A stretch of DNA of 64,000 nt from the human T2T-CHM13v2.0 reference genome, Homo sapiens: assembly GCF_009914755.1 (NCBI RefSeq), contig NC_060925.1; one strand, written 5' to 3'. Made by a program: the position numbers and the translations under genes. This document shows positions 61,299 to 64,000 of this stretch, piece after piece. The stretch's first letter is position 1. Each line of letters begins with the position of its first letter. A model generated the notes under the pieces. The model did no database searches. It was not told the DNA's origin and was given only the letters and a program-made list of their open reading frames with translations.

Positions 61299-62070
61299 TG
61301 TTATGGGATCTTTGGGGTGTCAATTTTTTGGCTGGAAACATCTGTGGCCACAGCACCTTTGCCCAAGTTCTTGTCCTGTGTCCAGGAAGAATGAGGTATG
61401 CAGACAAGCAAAGAGCAAACAAGATGAAGAAGAGTTTTATTTAGTGTTACAACAGCTCAGAGACTGGCAGTGTGTAGCTCCTCTCTGCAGGCAGGTCATC
61501 TGTCCAGTGTTCAGTTCTCAGCAGAGAGGAGGCCTCGGAGAGGGTGGCTCCTCCCTGCCAGCAGGTTGTCTCTGTAGCTCTCAGTGGAGAAGGTAGCTCC
61601 TCTCTGCTGCTAGTCATCCCATCATCTCCAGCTATCAGCAGAGAGTACTCCTCTCTGCAGCTGGTTGTGCCATTGTCTCTCTGCTCTCCTCATCCTCTGG
61701 CCATCCTCTGATCTGCTCTGGCTGAGCCTAGGGCTTTTATGGACCTTTTATCAGGGAGGAAGTCCATGCCAATTGGTCCACGGGCAGCCATGGGTGGGCT
61801 GGAAGAGGCACCATGAGTCCCCACTCCAGTCCATGGGACTGGCAGCCTGGCCCGCAGCCTTCAGGACTTCCCTGACCTGAAAGTGGGGTCTTACTGGGGA
61901 CCTGCCCCCTTCTGCCCAGGACTCTGTCTGCCTCCCGCTGCCATTCAAGGCCCCAGGGCTTGGCCCCAACCCCGCTCTGAGATGGGAGCAGGTGCCAGGA
62001 GCAGATAGAGGCCAGGCAGCGGGAGCAGACACCCCTGAGCCTGCAGGCCACCACTGGGCCCTTCGTCCCA
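61299..62070 (-). mobile_element. MER52-like LTR fragment
   Basis: tgttatgggatctttggggtgtc...cacctttgcccaagttcttgtcc resembles the recalled MER52 3' end. Confidence 0.65.
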
Positions 62071-63512
62071 CCGGCAGAGGGAGAGCTGACCTTCTTCTCT
62101 TACATTCTCAGCACCTGTGAGGTGGAAGGGGATGCTTTTATGATCACTTCCTGAAAGAGAGGCTCACAGAACTGAACTGATGTGCTTGTCATCACACAGT
62201 GGAGGACTGTCTAACACCAAGTCTCTCATTCCCTTGGTGGCCAGCCCCTCTCAGACCTCAGCAAGTCCCTCTGGGCCTTCATGGGAGAGCAGTGTCCAAG
62301 GAATGCGGTGTCACGCTTGCGGCTCTGCCAAGGGCTTCTTCTTCGGGCTCTGCCTCTAGCTGCTTCTGACAGAGGCGGATTCATCATGAAGCAAATGCGG
62401 CTGAACCCCCCAGTGGTCTTCATTCTTCTCCAACCCCTTTCAAGACCCAGGGATGGGCTCAGCAATTCTGTTTTAATAATTTTGCATTCTGTCCCTTAAA
62501 TCATAAAGAGAGCCCCCAATCTGTAAAGCTTCTGATCCCACACAACCTCTCAGGGCTCCAGGGTCCTGAGGAGGATGGCCAGGTCACTGTGGGCCTGTGG
62601 TGGAGCCAGCGGGCACCCAGGGCTTCCTGGTGGGCCAGGTCCCTGGTCATAGACTGAGCCAGCCAGCATCAGCCTCCGATCTCCAGGCCCCTGCGGTGAG
62701 GGCCCCAATGCCCCTGATAAGGCTCTGCTCCTAAAGGGCTGTTGGCCTTGAACAAGCTGCTCTCCTGCCTCGGTTTCTACTTCAGGATGGAGACATGAAT
62801 GAGAGAAGTGTCCCTGAAACTCCTGATGGCTTTCCATTTCCTGGTTTCCTGTCTTTCCTGAGGCTGAATTCTTCGCCTGCTTTCTCTGAGATCCCTCACT
62901 TTCCTGCCAAGAAATTTCCTCTTTAGTCTGTTCAGAGTGAAGTGCAAATCAAAATAAAAAAGTGCAAGTTCAAAGTGCAATCAAAACAAACAAACAAACT
63001 TTGGCTAAGGCAAAACCAAACCAAAACAAAACAACCCAACTATCTCTTTTAGTAGAGTTTTGACGCTGCAGCATGTGTTGAATAGAGCCCATGTGAGTTA
63101 GGCTGCCCAGGGCCTGAGTGACATTGCATACTGTGGGGAGTGTGTGCTTTTGTTCAAGCGGTGGCTCTCAGGAAGCCAGGAGGAGATTTGGACAAAAGTT
63201 GGAAAGGTTGGAAGAATATGTAAGCTTGGACTGACATGGCTGATTGGGTTTGGGCCAGTTTGAGCTGGTTTTATCTGGTTGGATCCAATACAGTACGGAC
63301 TCGGGAGGCCAAGGAAGGTCTTGGCAAGTTTGGACCAGTTTTTGCCATTTGAGCTGACTTGGGCTGGCTTGAGCTGGTTGCTCATCACAGTGGCAAAAAA
63401 GAAGAACCCTTGGGCAGGGGTGTTCAGGGTCAGGAGTGGAGGAAGGGAAGCTATGCTCATTGTTCGTGGCACTTGGTAGAGCTGTGCATCTTTACAAAAG
63501 CAATTTACAGTA

Positions 63513-63727
63513 CAGGCACCCCTCATTTTCTTGCACTTGCTTTGTTGCACCTGCAGATATTTGTTGTGTTTTTGTTTTGTTTTGTTTTGTTTTACAAATT
63601 GAATATTTTGGCAAAAGTTTGTGGCAACCCCTTGTTGAGCAAGTGTACTGACACCTTTTTCCCTAAAGCATGTGCTCACTTTGTGTCTCTGTGTCATGTT
63701 TTGGTAATTTTTACAATATTTCAAACT
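63513..63727 (+). mobile_element. Tigger1 5' end
   Basis: TA|CAGGCA...ttttacaaattgaa...tttgtggcaaccc...gcatgtgctcactt matches recalled Tigger1. Confidence 0.8.
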
Positions 63728-64000
63728 CACTCTTTTCTTTCTTTCTTTCTGTCTCTCTTTCTTTCTTTTCCTTCCTTCCTTCCTCCTTTCTCCTTTCCTT
63801 TCCTTTCCTTTCCTTTCCTTTCCTTTCCTTTCCTTTCCTTTCCCTTTCGGGTCTAGCTTTGTTACCCAGGCTGCAGTATGGTGATGCAATCTTGGCTTAC
63901 CCCAACCTCTGCCCAGGTTCAACTGATTCTCGTGTCTTTGCCTCCCAAGTAGCTGGGACAACAGGCGCAAGGCACCACGCCCAGGTAATTTTTTTTTTTT
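63728..64000 (-). mobile_element. Alu right arm with (TTTCC)n tail, running off the window
   Basis: Pentamer repeat followed by Alu sequence. Confidence 0.82.

Noticed and set aside
63098-63970. 290-aa minus-strand ORF
   Set aside because: Runs through an Alu, a (TTTCC)n tract and Tigger1; low complexity with no recognisable domain.

Overview
Primate (very probably human) genomic DNA, dominated by retroelements, with no intact protein-coding gene. Bases 1-25.6 kb are a nested stack: an old minus-strand L1 (L1PB-like) holds a full THE1A and a deleted minus-strand HERV-I/LTR10 provirus (tRNA-Ile PBS). That provirus in turn holds a near full-length plus-strand LTR10-family provirus with a tRNA-Thr-like PBS and a perfect GCAAA target-site duplication; Alus sit inside both. 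The middle part has solo LTRs (2x MER9, LTR2B, MER4A-type), an EEF1A1 processed pseudogene that appears to extend past the usual poly(A) site, an AT-rich VNTR and a U6/L1 chimeric retrocopy. At 49.1-57.3 kb I reconstruct a 9-coding-exon, intron-containing ornithine-decarboxylase paralogue (~422 codons) with five disabling lesions, probably LDC1P (orthologue of mouse Gm853 leucine decarboxylase). Its introns hold a Y1 RNA retrocopy and a ~117-bp inverted duplication that matches no transposon I recognise. I found no wholly new biological system. Subfamily and gene names come from recalled consensus sequences, not database searches.
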